Below, in pieces: positions 1-11,716 of a DNA stretch of 64,000 nucleotides (position 1 is the stretch's first letter; each line of letters begins with the position of its first letter). Location: assembly GCF_018977255.1 (NCBI RefSeq), contig NW_024704742.1:36334001-36398000 (forward strand), given 5' to 3'. The notes beneath the pieces were generated by a model. The model made no database searches and was not told where the DNA came from. It saw only the letters and a list, made by a program, of their open reading frames with translations. The DNA comes from Callorhinchus milii. Lineage: Eukaryota. Both the position numbers and the translations under genes were made by a program.

Positions 1-562
1 TGGTGGATTGTTGGCAGGACACAGAGAGAAACTCTCCTCTCTCTTCAATAGTGTCACAGGATCTATAACATCCAGCTGAACAAGCAGATGAGATGTCTGT
101 TTAATATCTCATCCAAAACACTGCACCTTTGACAATGCATTGTACTGAAGTGACGATTCAATGACACTCAACATCATAATGATGTGAACAATACTATATC
201 AAATGTAAAGATTATTAATAATTATTATTGTTATACTGGATCTGTCACTTTCATCCCCAAGTGGTCCTATGGCTTTTTTGACTATCTTTTTACTTTTAAT
301 ATGCTTATATAAACCTTTACAATTACCTCTACCAATTGTTTTCATCCACTCTCTTACCCATCCTCAATCTCCATGTTTGCTGTTTGTTTTACTTTTCTTG
401 AGCCCATTGACTGTCTGACTCAGTGGTGAGAGTGCTACCAACTAAGCCAAGCTGACACCTAGTGCGCGTAGTTAAAAGTGATAAATTTTCCTTAAACATG
501 ATTGCCTTCGTTTTTACAAAGTGCATAGAACCATAGAAATATACAGCAAAAAAGACCATTAA

Positions 563-756
563 TTCCTTCAAAAAAAAATAATAAATTGGTCACTTAGTCC
601 ATGACTGTTTATGGGGCACTGCTGTGTGCAGCTGACTGCCACGTTTCGCCCACAAAATATAGTCAATTCACTTTACAGTATATTCTGTGAAGCCCTTTGA
701 GATGTCTCGAAGACATGATAGGCGCTATATTAAATGCAATGACTATTATTATTATT
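563..756 (+). mobile_element. SINE 3' half (other tail fragments near 1943-2035, 2750-2880, 12633-12675, 14955-15110, 35230-35313, 39215-39331)
   Basis: GACTGTTT.TGGG.CACTGCTGTG...TATTCTGTGAAGC...(ATT)n. Confidence 0.8.
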
Positions 757-859
757 TGACTCATCAGAAGGATTGTTGTAATACCAGAAGAGGATATTGA
801 GCAACTGCAATGAATACTTATTCAAAGTGAAACTGAAAAATATAATAGAAATGAAAGTT

Positions 860-1390
860 GAAACGTTACCAGGATTGATGGTATGTATCCCAGATTAGAG
901 GAAAGTCATAGAAGATATAATGAAGTACCCAACTCTAATTATCCAAATCTTGGATCAGAGGAATGAAGGTTGCTAATTAATGTCCTGCACAAGAAGAGGA
1001 AGAGGGAAAGGCAAAGGAGTTAAAATAATTGAAGGAATTATAGACCGGTTAGCATCAGTTGTGTGTAGAGTCCACGATTAAAGCTCAAATGAAGAAACAT
1101 TTAGAAATTCATGGCCTAATTCAGGAAAGCTAGCATCAGTTTGGAAAAGGCAGGTTGTGCTTGAATAATTCTACTGAATATTTTGAGGAAACCGCAATGT
1201 TTTGACAGAGTGAATATATTCGATGTTGTGAATAACGATTTCTGAAAGGCATTTAATGAGGTGGTGCAGGAAGCTTATTGGAAAAAAATTTAAAGCACAT
1301 GGTATTAAGTGGGATGTGGTAGCCTGGCGGAGGGAGGACATGAACAGTTAGCAGAGTAGGAGAAAAGGGATGTTTTTCAGACCGGTGGTT
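860..1390 (+). mobile_element. Degraded CR1-type LINE RT fragment
   Basis: Remnants of PG.DG..P, NYRPVS, SQH.F.KGR.CL.NL..FFE, DF.KAF and AHGI coding patterns. Confidence 0.65.
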
Positions 1391-3316
1391 TGTGTTCGGA
1401 TCTCTCATCTCAATACACGTATATATAATCCTTGAATTTGATATAGTAGCATTGAATTCAAGAGAAAAGAGGTAATCTTAAATGTGTGGAAGATATTGAC
1501 TAGGTTTTACTATTTGGATTATTGCGTACAGTTGTGGAATCAATTTGGAGAGACTTAAAATAATGCTGGTAACTGTTGAGAAGACTCAACACTGCCTTGA
1601 AGGGTGCGACGTAAAATGTATGTGTTTTTGTTGGCGATTGCAGCAACAACAGGAATATCCACAAACAGCGATGAAATGAATGACAAATATTGTGTGTACA
1701 TGTTACTGAGAGGGGATCTGTGAAATGAATATTTTTAAATGGCTACCTTGAGAGAACCTGATAGAGTAATCATATTCACAACTTGCAGAGGAAGAATGTG
1801 AAGGATAAGGTAAGAACACAAGAAATTGTCAGTAACCGTGTAGAGAAAGATAGCAGTAAACTCAGGACAATTGTTATCTAAGTAGCCGCGTGGACAGGAA
1901 AAGAAAGTAATGTAGTAAGGTTGTAATTAATACTATGGTGAAATTATAATAATCCTTGTATTTGATACAGCACACCATTGAGACATCTCAAAGTGCTTCA
2001 CAGGATATACTGTAAAGTGAATTGACTGTATTATAATCTGAGTGATAAAGTTAGACCAACGTAAGTAATGTTCTAAGTTTAACAAAGGGTACATGACATT
2101 TAAATGAGGAAGTTTTCTACCAGCGTCCACAGTCACTAATGCATGCATTATAAAGATCATCCTCAGTTATCAAAGTTTCACATGCCACAATACCAACTAA
2201 GTATTTAAATCACAAGTGAAGAATTTTAATTTTAAGTACGTTAATGCTCTTTGCTGAGTTATGTGAACTTCTACTCCTGTCTATCCAAAAATGAATGACC
2301 TTCACCCTTTCATTACACAAAATATAGCTTATTGTTACAGAACTAGAACTTCAACTCTACTTCATAATGTAAGTCCCAGAAAATTGTCATTTAGCTAGTG
2401 TAAAGAAGGAAACGATTATGGTTCATTTAATTCCACACAGAAGAAATTTGAATTATAATTCTCAAAATTTAATTATGCATGAGTTGATGATTTTACAGAT
2501 CGCTCAAAACCTTTATTGTGAATGTTAACCCCATTTTTGTCCTGTTGATCTGATGGAAATCGTATTCCAACAGCAACTTTGGCAGAGACAGACAGCCTTC
2601 TTCTATAAGCCTCTAACTGGTCAACCAGCTGCCGCAAGGAATGTTGCAGGAGCTTTTTAATAACTCTCAATGATTTTGTCTCCTCTGGGGAAATATCTAG
2701 TCTCTATCTGATATATCTATATACACACTAATGTGTCTGAAATTAGGAACTATAATAATCCTTGGATTTGATATTGCGCTTTCCACGTCTTGTAGCCGTC
2801 TCAAAGCGCTTCACAGAATATGCTGTAAAGTGAATTGACTGTATATTTGTCGGCGAAACATGGCAGCCAATTGGGCAGAGAAGAGGTGAAATCTCACCAG
2901 TCTGGTGTTACATGCTTGGGCTCTCAAATACTGTAGTCGCAATCCATCTTCAAATATTCAGAATAAAAAAGGAACAGTAGTGACTATGACAAAACAAGGA
3001 ACACTATGTGCATATGTTGGAACGCCTGCAGAGCAGCAAAATGTGTGTACAGGGGAGCACAGTATCTGCAGAATGCATCTAATTTCCAACCAGTCTGGAA
3101 TCCATTGCCAGATATGGCTCAATTTAGCATGTCAGCATTTTCGAGGGAAAGATCAATGAACAAAAAACAAGACTGCCTCAGCTACTTTTTTTTATCCCAT
3201 ACTTTCTCGTCCAGGGACACGGGTTCATTGTAGCAAATGACTGGAGTCTCCTCAGTTGTATAACAGCATGGAGACTGATCCTGAGATCTTCCGAGTCTAT
3301 ACATCTGGAAGGTTGT

Positions 3317-3620
3317 TAGAGCTCAGTGGTTAGAGCACTCGCCTCGCAAGCGAGAGACCTGGGTTTGATTCCCGGCAGGGTGAAACCTTGGGCAAGTTTC
3401 CTTACTCCACACGCCTGATAATAATCCCTCAAGGGAAAAACAATAATAATTTGGTCACTCAATCCACGACTGTTTGTGGGACACTGCTGTGCACAATTGG
3501 CTGCCGTGTTTCACCCACAAATGTAGAGTCAATTCACTTCACAGTATATTCTGTGTAGCGCTTTGAGATGTCTAGAAGACGTGAAGAGCGCTATATCAAA
3601 TGCAAGGATTATTATTATTA
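3317..3620 (+). mobile_element. tRNA-derived SINE, short form
   Basis: A/B boxes, tRNA-Ala-like head, Deu-like 3' part, L2-type stem-loop, (ATT)n tail. Confidence 0.88.
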
Positions 3621-4467
3621 TCTATAAATATCATCTATGCCTGAAGCGCTCGGGACGCTACCCCACGTGAAGTGCGCTGTATAAATTCAAGTTGTTGTTA
3701 TCTCAATACCAGACGTCATTAGTATGTTTGCTTTTTGAGGCATCAAGGTAAATAATCTTTTTGGTTTTTAAACTTATAAAATTTCCTGTACTTTCATGTA
3801 ATTTTTGCTTTTTTTCCACACTATATTTTGTTTTGATATGGGGCACGAATTCCAGCCTCAACAGCCCCAGCCATTAGCTATCAATTTCAGAGTGGGATAT
3901 TTTAGACTCAAACCTCAGACACACACATCAGCAGATGTTGCTTATAATCAGTGTTAGTAAGTTTTTCGTAACTTCTCAGCTCTTAAGGATTTATAACAGC
4001 AGTATGTTTTATAGAAATCTTTAAGGTTTTGCTTTTCTCCTTTAAGTTTTGCCTACGAACACACAAACACTACACTTTGCAGTAAAATCCTGTGAAGTGC
4101 TTCAAGACGTTTTGCTGACATTAGACATTCAATGCAAGTAGAATCAAACCTTTATTTTAACAACCTTTCAGGGCACTGGGCCAAAGTGGCCTACATATAA
4201 GTGGGGCCTCTGAGTAAAGGTTTGTTGGTGTGTGTAGAATTTCTGTATAGAAAAATACAGGGCACGTATGACCCATAAATTAAAGACACTCGTGAAATGT
4301 CCACAATGAAATACAACTGAGTACAAGTTAATGCATGTATTTGGAGAATTCGACATTTGAGTTATTACATTCCAAAGTCGCTTTATGGTGGGGGCTCATG
4401 GGTGGAATCAACATGTGCAAGTGCGACCTACCTTTGTAGATCAGTTTTCCTAATTATTGCCCCTATT

Positions 4468-4762
4468 GGCGTCCTGTAGCTCAGGGGTTACAGCCCTTGC
4501 CTCGGAAGCGAGAGACCTGGGTTCGATTCCCGGCAGGGCGAAACCTTGGGCAAATTACCTTACTCCACATGCCTGATAATAATCCCTCAAGAAAATAAAA
4601 AAATAAAATAATAATGTGGTCACTCAATCCACGATTGTTTGTGGGACCCTGTTGTGCGCCATTGGCTACCATGTTTCGCTCACAAATTTACAGTATATTC
4701 TGTGAAGTGCTTTGAGACGTCTAGAAAATGTGAAAAGCGCTTTATCAAATGCAAGAATTATT
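4468..4762 (+). mobile_element. tRNA-derived SINE, short form (first of a tandem pair)
   Basis: Full-length head to tail; flanked by ATTATTGCCCCTATT repeats. Confidence 0.88.
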
Positions 4763-4777
4763 ATTATTGCCCCTATT

Positions 4778-5114
4778 GGAGTCCTGTAGCTTAGTGGTTA
4801 GAGCCCTCGCCTTGCAAACGAGAGGACCTGGGTTTCATTCCCGGCAGGGTGAAACGTTGGGCAAGTTTTGTTACTCCACACGCCTCTGTTTATCTGGCAG
4901 TAAGTAGAAACCCGGTTGTTCCTCGATTGACAGATCGCTTTTCCGGTGGTAATAATTCCTTAAACTATTTGGAAACTTCATCCACGACTGTTTGGGGGAC
5001 GCTGCTGTGTGCAATTGGCTACTGCCTTTCGCCCACGAAGCATACAGTCAATTTACTTTACAGTATATTCTGTGAAGCGCTTTGAGATGTCTAGAAGATG
5101 CAAAGATTATTATT
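4778..5114 (+). mobile_element. tRNA-derived SINE, long form (second of the tandem pair)
   Basis: Contains an extra ~64-nt middle segment (4886-4949). Confidence 0.88.
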
Positions 5115-5626
5115 GAGATTGACTAACTAGCTTGGTATCTTGCCATGTGATTCTTTCAATTTCTTAGGTGGAGAAGATTTACAACTTAAGTTATTCTACC
5201 ATAGAGGTTGCATCTTATAGATTTTCTCACATTGTCAACAATTTTCTCACATTGGAGCAATTATATTTTGTACAGTATTTGGTGTAGGTCTATACTTAAC
5301 ACTCCATAAAGTTTCATTCTTAAACAACTTTACTGTACTTTGTACTCTTGGGAATGTATTGCATTAATTATTTTACTGAGGAAAAAAATTGCTCTTTATC
5401 CAGCAATTCTATTCCTGTAAAATTATGCTGAATCGAGGAGCTTCACTGAAGGTTGTAAAAGTTCATTAATATAAATGAGAGATTATTAGGGAAATGTATT
5501 TCTCTGATGAAAAAGGCAATTAAAGAAGTGGTCGATTTTTTAAAAAAATACTGCATAAGCAGTTTGAAATACATAATTTTACTGTTTTCTTTGGTAACTT
5601 TACTGGAATTTTCATATCCTTGTTGT

Positions 5627-6083
5627 ATCTTCCCAACTTTTCCCTCCACAAGCTGCAGATCATTCAGAATTCTGCAGCTCGTGTCCTATCCTGTCTCGTG
5701 TCCTCCCTACCTCTGTGATCTGCTAACTCCACGTAGATCTGTCCGCTCCCTCCACTCAGTAGGCTCCGGCCTGCTTTATGTCCCCTGCCCGCCCGACCCC
5801 CCCCCCCCCATCCCACCATTGGTAATCAGGCCTTCAGCTTCTCTACCCCTACATTTTGGAATTCCATCCCTCAGTCCCATCGCCGCGTTCCCTTATTTGC
5901 CTCCTTCTCGGCCCATCACAAGACCCTCCTCTTCGACTACACTTTCAGTCACACTTCTATGCTCCCTGCCCTCCACCCCTACTGATCCCAACCCCCAGTT
6001 TGGGTCCAAATACCTGACTGTCCAAACCCTTGGGGCGTCCTGCCAACGTTAAAGGGGCTATACAAATGTAATTTGTTGTTGTT
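5627..6083 (+). mobile_element. L2 LINE 3' fragment with internal deletion
   Basis: CTCCACAAGCTGCAGATCATTCAGAA..., tail stem-loop, GTT repeats. Confidence 0.8.
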
Positions 6084-6983
6084 GTACTAGGAGTAGTTTG
6101 TACTTGAATTTATGTGTATCCTGATGCAAGCCTGAATCATTGTGAAATACAGCTGAATCACATCATGGACGGACTCCACCAAGGTGTTTTTGAGCATGTT
6201 ACTTTGCACCAGGTGAGTTCCAGGCTCCTGTATCAGAATCTTCCCTCAATCTACACTTGTGTGTTGAAGTTGCCTAATCAGCTTACTAGTTTGCATCCAA
6301 TTCCTCTCTCATGGCCCAGAAGGCTTGTACCAGAAAGTAGAATCAATGGGCTCAGCGACATGATAAAGGTTAGACACACCGGATGCTCCAAGACAACTGA
6401 CACAGCTTTATATTGGTTGCACGTGTGCAGTAGACATCCAACATTCAGAGGAGAAAGAGTGTCTGCCACATTTGGTGCAATGTGACTGGTAAAAATGAGG
6501 TGGCATTCTTTCATATTTCACGTGTGCTGTCATTGATGGGTCAGTAAATTATATACAACTTCCATACTTTCAATATTGTTCTCAAGTATTCAATCCTTTG
6601 CTGGATGAGTTCATCAACCTAGTATCTGTTGCTTTGATGGGAAGTTATTGTACATTTCAATAGCTTCGGGGCGAGGGGAGGAATTCTAATCTTTAGACTC
6701 GGTTCTAATTTTAAATCTATGATCTCTAGTTCTGCTCTCAAGATTTAAGTCAAATAGTCTGCTTATAAAATACGTGCATCATCTATTAATTCTTGCTCTC
6801 TATAACCCATTGTTTAAAGACTTGGGTCAGTGTGCCCTCAGTGTGAATCAGTTCATCTCTGTGATCCTTTCCTTGTAAATTAGAGCTCTAAATTTTGGAA
6901 TTATAATAATAATCCTTGCATTTGATATAGCGATTTATCATGTCTTTGAGATGTCTCAAAGCGCTTCACAGAATATACTGTAA

Positions 6984-7297
6984 AGTCCTGTACCTCAGTG
7001 ATTAGGGCACTCGCCTTGCAAGCAAGGCACCTGGGTTCAATTCCAGGCAGGGTGAAGCCTTGGGCAAGTTTCCTTACTCCACACGCCTAATACTAATTCC
7101 TCCAAAACAAAAAAAAATAATAAATTGGTCATTTTCAATCCACGACTGTTTGTGGGACACTGCTGTGCGCAATTGGCTACCATGTTTCGCCCACAAATAT
7201 ACGGTCAATTCACTTTACAGCATATTCTGTGAAGCACTTTGAGACGTTTAGAAGACGTGAAAACCGCTATATCAAATGCAAGGATTATTATTCTTAT
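6984..7297 (+). mobile_element. tRNA-derived SINE inserted into an antisense copy of the same family (6903-6986 and 7298-7360)
   Basis: The two host halves join perfectly; TAAAGT is present at both junctions. Confidence 0.85.
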
Positions 7298-8941
7298 TAA
7301 AGTGAATTGGCTGTATATTTTGTGGGCGAAATGCGGCAGCCAATTACGCACAGCAGTAACCAAATTATTATTATTTATCCTTGTTGCTCATTTCTACTCC
7401 AATTCTAATGCTTCAATATTCTTAGGATTTACATAGTTGTACATAAAGTAGTGCTGTAATTCAAATTTAGCCTCATTCGTAGTCTTATACAATGTTAGAA
7501 TCACTTCCCTTGAATTAGTCAGAGACTTTGAGATGCAGCCTCGTATTTGAAATCATTCCATGAATGAACAACAATTATAAATTCTTTACTTTTCTATCTC
7601 TTAGAATGGAAGTCTCTTCATTTTGTGCACATTTTCTGTTTCTTGTGCCAGTGTGCATTACCTTATATTTATCTACATAACGATCCATCTACTTGTTTTC
7701 TTGGAATGGAATTTGTGAATCACTAACCATTGCTTTCAGCCTGCTCTCTCTTTGAAGGTACTGTAGTTTCTTAATACAGTATGTTTTGCAAGTTCAATCA
7801 ACAGCTACCATCTCTTTTGATTCCCTTTGAATCCTACATCATCAATCAACATTGTTGACCACACTATCTTCCCCCATATCTGATGGAATTATCACATCTG
7901 TATTGCTAAAGCTATCTCCAAGAACCTTATGCCAAGTCTTCCCTTCCGCTTAGCAACTCATAATTCAATAATAAACTCAGAACTGTGCAAAGTCTGAACA
8001 ATGCTGCCTTATATGGGCCAGAATATTTCTTCCACTCCTGGAGAGAAACCTTGTTATTTGATAGAATATCCTATTCTTGTCCATATTTTATCAAGACTGC
8101 AGTAGCTGCAACTCTGAACTTTCTTGTTTCTCATCAGAGCCAAATTTGCTGTCTTATGTAGCTTTCGCATTCCTACATTCTCATAGGCTTGGCAAGTTGG
8201 AAATAAGCAAGCTTCCTGGTTCACTTGAGTGACCCCTCCTGGAAAGTGCAAGTGTGTGGACATTAAGGTAAGGACAGCTTTGGTCTCAGCTGTGATAACC
8301 TCTGTTATGAAGGGTGGTTACTTGGCAAAGTAACATAGCACCATCCTGCACAGGGATACATATTTCTTTCACAATATGGGTAGAAAATGAAAGTGGACTG
8401 GGGGGAGAGGATTGGACAACAACAACAAAATTACATTTGTATAGCACTTTTCAATTCAGGAGTACATCCGAAGCACTGGACAGTCAGGTTTCGGAACTGG
8501 CAGAACTACTTCATGAACTATTATTTCATTTTTGCCGATTGAACAAAACAATTTTTGTATTGGCAACAACACACTAACGTTGAAAGCGAGAAAGAATTGT
8601 GCTCCATGCATGTAAGTGAAAAGTCTGTCACTCCTCCCCATTCAAAAGTGATTCAGATGGAAATGTACGTGTAATTCTGGACCTCTGTTGCTGTGCAAAT
8701 TCTGTTGATGCAGCACTAGGAAATGCAGAGTAACAGCGCTCATAATAAAAATGTAAAGCAAAGAAATGGAGAGCTTTGTTATTTAGCTGAATATTTTGAT
8801 GTACTATATCGTCATTCATGTTATTTGCTTTTGTTAACTGAATAATGTTATTCTAGGTGCCTATTTTCAAATTCATTTAAATGCTATAGTCCTACTGCGA
8901 TTATTATACAGTCATTTGTTTTTGGCATTACTATCTGAGAG

Positions 8942-8998
8942 AATTCAATGCAAATGAACAAAATTGCACTAAATTCAATGCAAATGAACAAAATTGCA
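8942..8998. repeat. Tandem duplication, period 30 (AATTCAATGCAAATGAACAAAATTGCA x2)
   Basis: Read directly from the sequence. Confidence 0.9.
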
Positions 8999-9239
8999 AT
9001 TTAGCAACCTCCTAACAAGAATCGGTTCTTTTCAATTGGAATAAATTACACAAGTAATACACAAGTCTCTATTTTGCTGCATTTAAATTGCAGAATTTGT
9101 AGAAATCCATTTCAGGAAATGATTCTGTTGCAAAAAGTGCCCAAGGGCATGGCTGCTTTGGAAACTATCCAGTATACATTGCGGAGAAGATTTCATGACA
9201 ACCATGATAATGCAAAAGCAACTCTATACATGCATGTTT

Positions 9240-10470
9240 ACAACAACAACAACAACAAGATTCCATTTATAAAGCGCCTTTCACGTCAGGAGGACGTCCC
9301 AAGGCGCTGCACAGTTGGGTCATGACCCGAGCAGGGGGGAAATGGTCAGGGTGAGGGAAGGGAGGGAGCAAGGAGGGGGGAAATGGTCAGGGTGAGGGGA
9401 GGGAAGGGAGGGAGCGAGGAGGGGGAAGAGAGTCGAGAGGGGAGCTGAAGGCACGGTCAAAGAGAAAGGTTTTGAGACCGGCCTTGAAGGAGGAAAGGGA
9501 GGAGGCGGCGAAGGCACTGGGGGATGGAGTTCCAGAGCCTCGGGGCTGAGAGGCTGAAGGCCCGACCACCGATGGTAGGGCGGTTGGGGCGGGGGACGTG
9601 GAGCAGACCGGAGCCAGAGGAACGGAGGGTACGGGCAGGTAAGTTGGGGGATAGTAGGTCAGAGAGATAGGAGGGAGCGAGGCTGTGAATGGCCTTGTAG
9701 GTGAGGGTGAGGATCTTGAATTCGATCCTCTGGGGGATGGGGAGCCAGTGGAGGCGAGCGAGGGTGGGAGTGATGTGGTCCCGAAGCCTGGTGCGGGACA
9801 GTACACGAGCTGCAGAGTTCTGAATGACCTGCAGCTTGTGGAGGGAGGTGGCGGGAAGGCCGGCGAGGAGAGAGTTCCCATAGTCCAGCCTTGAGGTGAC
9901 AAAGGCGTGGACCAGGGTTTCAGCAGCGTGAGGGGTGAGGTAGTGCCGTAGTCTGGCGATGTTCCGGAGGTGATGGAAGGCGGTGCCAGTTGTAGTGCGG
10001 ATGTGAGGGAGAAAGGACAGCTCAGGGTCGAACAAAACGCCGAGGTTCCTGACTGGCTTTGAGAGGTGGAGAGTGCAGCCTTGGATGCTGATGCTGTCAG
10101 CGCCTGAGGTGCGGAGGCGCTGACGTGAGCCAATCAGGAGGGCCTCGGTTTTTCGCACGTTGAGCTGAAGAAAGTTGTCTCTCGTCCAGGACTCGATGTC
10201 GGACAGGCAGCTGTCAGGACATCGGTGGTCGTGGAGTTGAGAGTAGAGGAGGAAAGGTAGAGTTGGGTGTCATCCGCATACAAGTTAACCCCATGTTTGC
10301 GGATGATGTCACCAAGGGGGAGCATATAGAGGGTGAAGAGGAGGGGACCGAGGACAGAGCCCTGAGGGACACCACATGAGACAGTACGGGGGGTGGAGGA
10401 GAAGCCATTCGTTGAGACAAAGTGAAGACGGTGAGAAAGGTACGACCTAAACCATTCAAGGACAGTGCCC
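9240..10470 (-). mobile_element. L2-clade LINE, 5'-truncated (RT C-terminal part, 3' UTR, (GTT)n tail)
   Basis: [14 protein letters not shown] segment, [31 protein letters not shown]; tail stem-loop; internal ~45-bp tandem duplication near 9333-9423. Confidence 0.92.
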
Positions 10471-11294
10471 CGACTGTTTACGCATATTGAATTGTCTAAA
10501 CATCACTATTTGAGACTTCTCACTGGCTGCTAATAAGGGATAATAATCAGTTAAAAGTGTGTTGAACTGGAAGAAAAATACTAGTTGAAAATCAGCTCAT
10601 ATGGCAACATAATTAACCTCGGGTCAACATGACGGAGATTGTGCTGTAGCAGTGAAATATGCAGTATAAATGAGGTGGAATAATGTTAGCAATTTAGATT
10701 ATGGGTTATAGTTTGTCAAGTTTACGTGTCCTGAGTTAACTGTTCTGACCTAAATTATCCAATGAGGTATTTTGAGAAATAATTTGTCCTTGTGGCAAAC
10801 AATTAAAATTCTTCGGTTTAAATCCATTGACGTAAAATGTTAGATGGCACAGAATTTTGGAAAAGCCTAGTACATTCAGTTCTAATTTGAAAGCTTATAT
10901 TTAAAAAAAGAATAGTGGAAAATCAGCTTCCAAATTAAGACTGAATTCCAATGCTTAAAAATATTTTTAAAAAAAGTTTGGGTCCCAGTTATCTGGCACT
11001 TCCAAACTAAGGGTTAGGTGTTCAATTTAAATGACTTCATAGTGGTTGTAAACAACAACAACTTGGATCTATATAGCGCTCTTCACATGGGGTAGAGTCC
11101 CGGAGCATGGTACAAGAAACCACCCAACAGCCTCTTCTAACCACTACTTTCACAGTCCTCTCTTTCGGATGAATAAAGTGATTTATTTTTTGCAGATTCT
11201 TCCAGAATTGATGGTTTGTGTTAGATCATTTTGAAATATTGAGTTCTCGGTTATGTATAGAATCAAAATTGCTATGGCCAAGAATAATAAAAAT

Positions 11295-11716
11295 ATTAAT
11301 CCTTGCAACTGATGTTGTGCTTTTCATATTGGGAGGATGCCTCAAAACACTCACAGGATCCACTGTAAAGTGGAATGACTGTGTATTTTGAAGTGAGTAA
11401 CCCATTTTATTTGGGGGATTGTTGGCTAGGACACTGGGAGAAACTCCCCTCTCTTTTCGAATGGTGCCCTGGGATCTTTAACATCCACCTGAACATGTGC
11501 ACAATTCAACGTCTCGTCCAAAGGACGGCACCTCCAACAATGCAGCACATTGTCAATGCATTGGATGCAGCACATTGTCAATGCATTGGAGTATCATCTT
11601 AGACTTTGGGATCCCAAGTCTCAGTGTGTTATAGAATTCAATGCGAGTTCAAAGTCACGACATGGAGCTTGAGTCAGAGCTGTCTGAATCAGAGGCAAGA
11701 GTGCTGCCAACTGAAT
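11295..11716 (-). mobile_element. Older Deu-domain SINE (SacSINE/AmnSINE-like)
   Basis: GGGATCTTTAACATCCACCTGAAC...CGTCTC.TCC.AAGGACGGCACCTCC...GAGTGCT.CCAACTGA; related copies near 1-152, 12770-13015, 24603-24905, 50725-50982, 59925-60078. Confidence 0.75.
11540..11589. repeat. Perfect 25-bp tandem duplication inside a Deu-SINE
   Basis: ATGCAGCACATTGTCAATGCATTGG x2. Confidence 0.9.

Noticed and set aside
6270..6490. Possible RTE-type LINE remnant or 123-aa ORF at 6114-6485
   Set aside because: The similarity is too faint to support by eye and the ORF has no recognisable motif.
3317..7360. Recurrent repeats superficially resembling a CRISPR-like array
   Set aside because: They are ~300-bp SINE copies at irregular spacing and in both orientations, with no constant repeat-spacer period.
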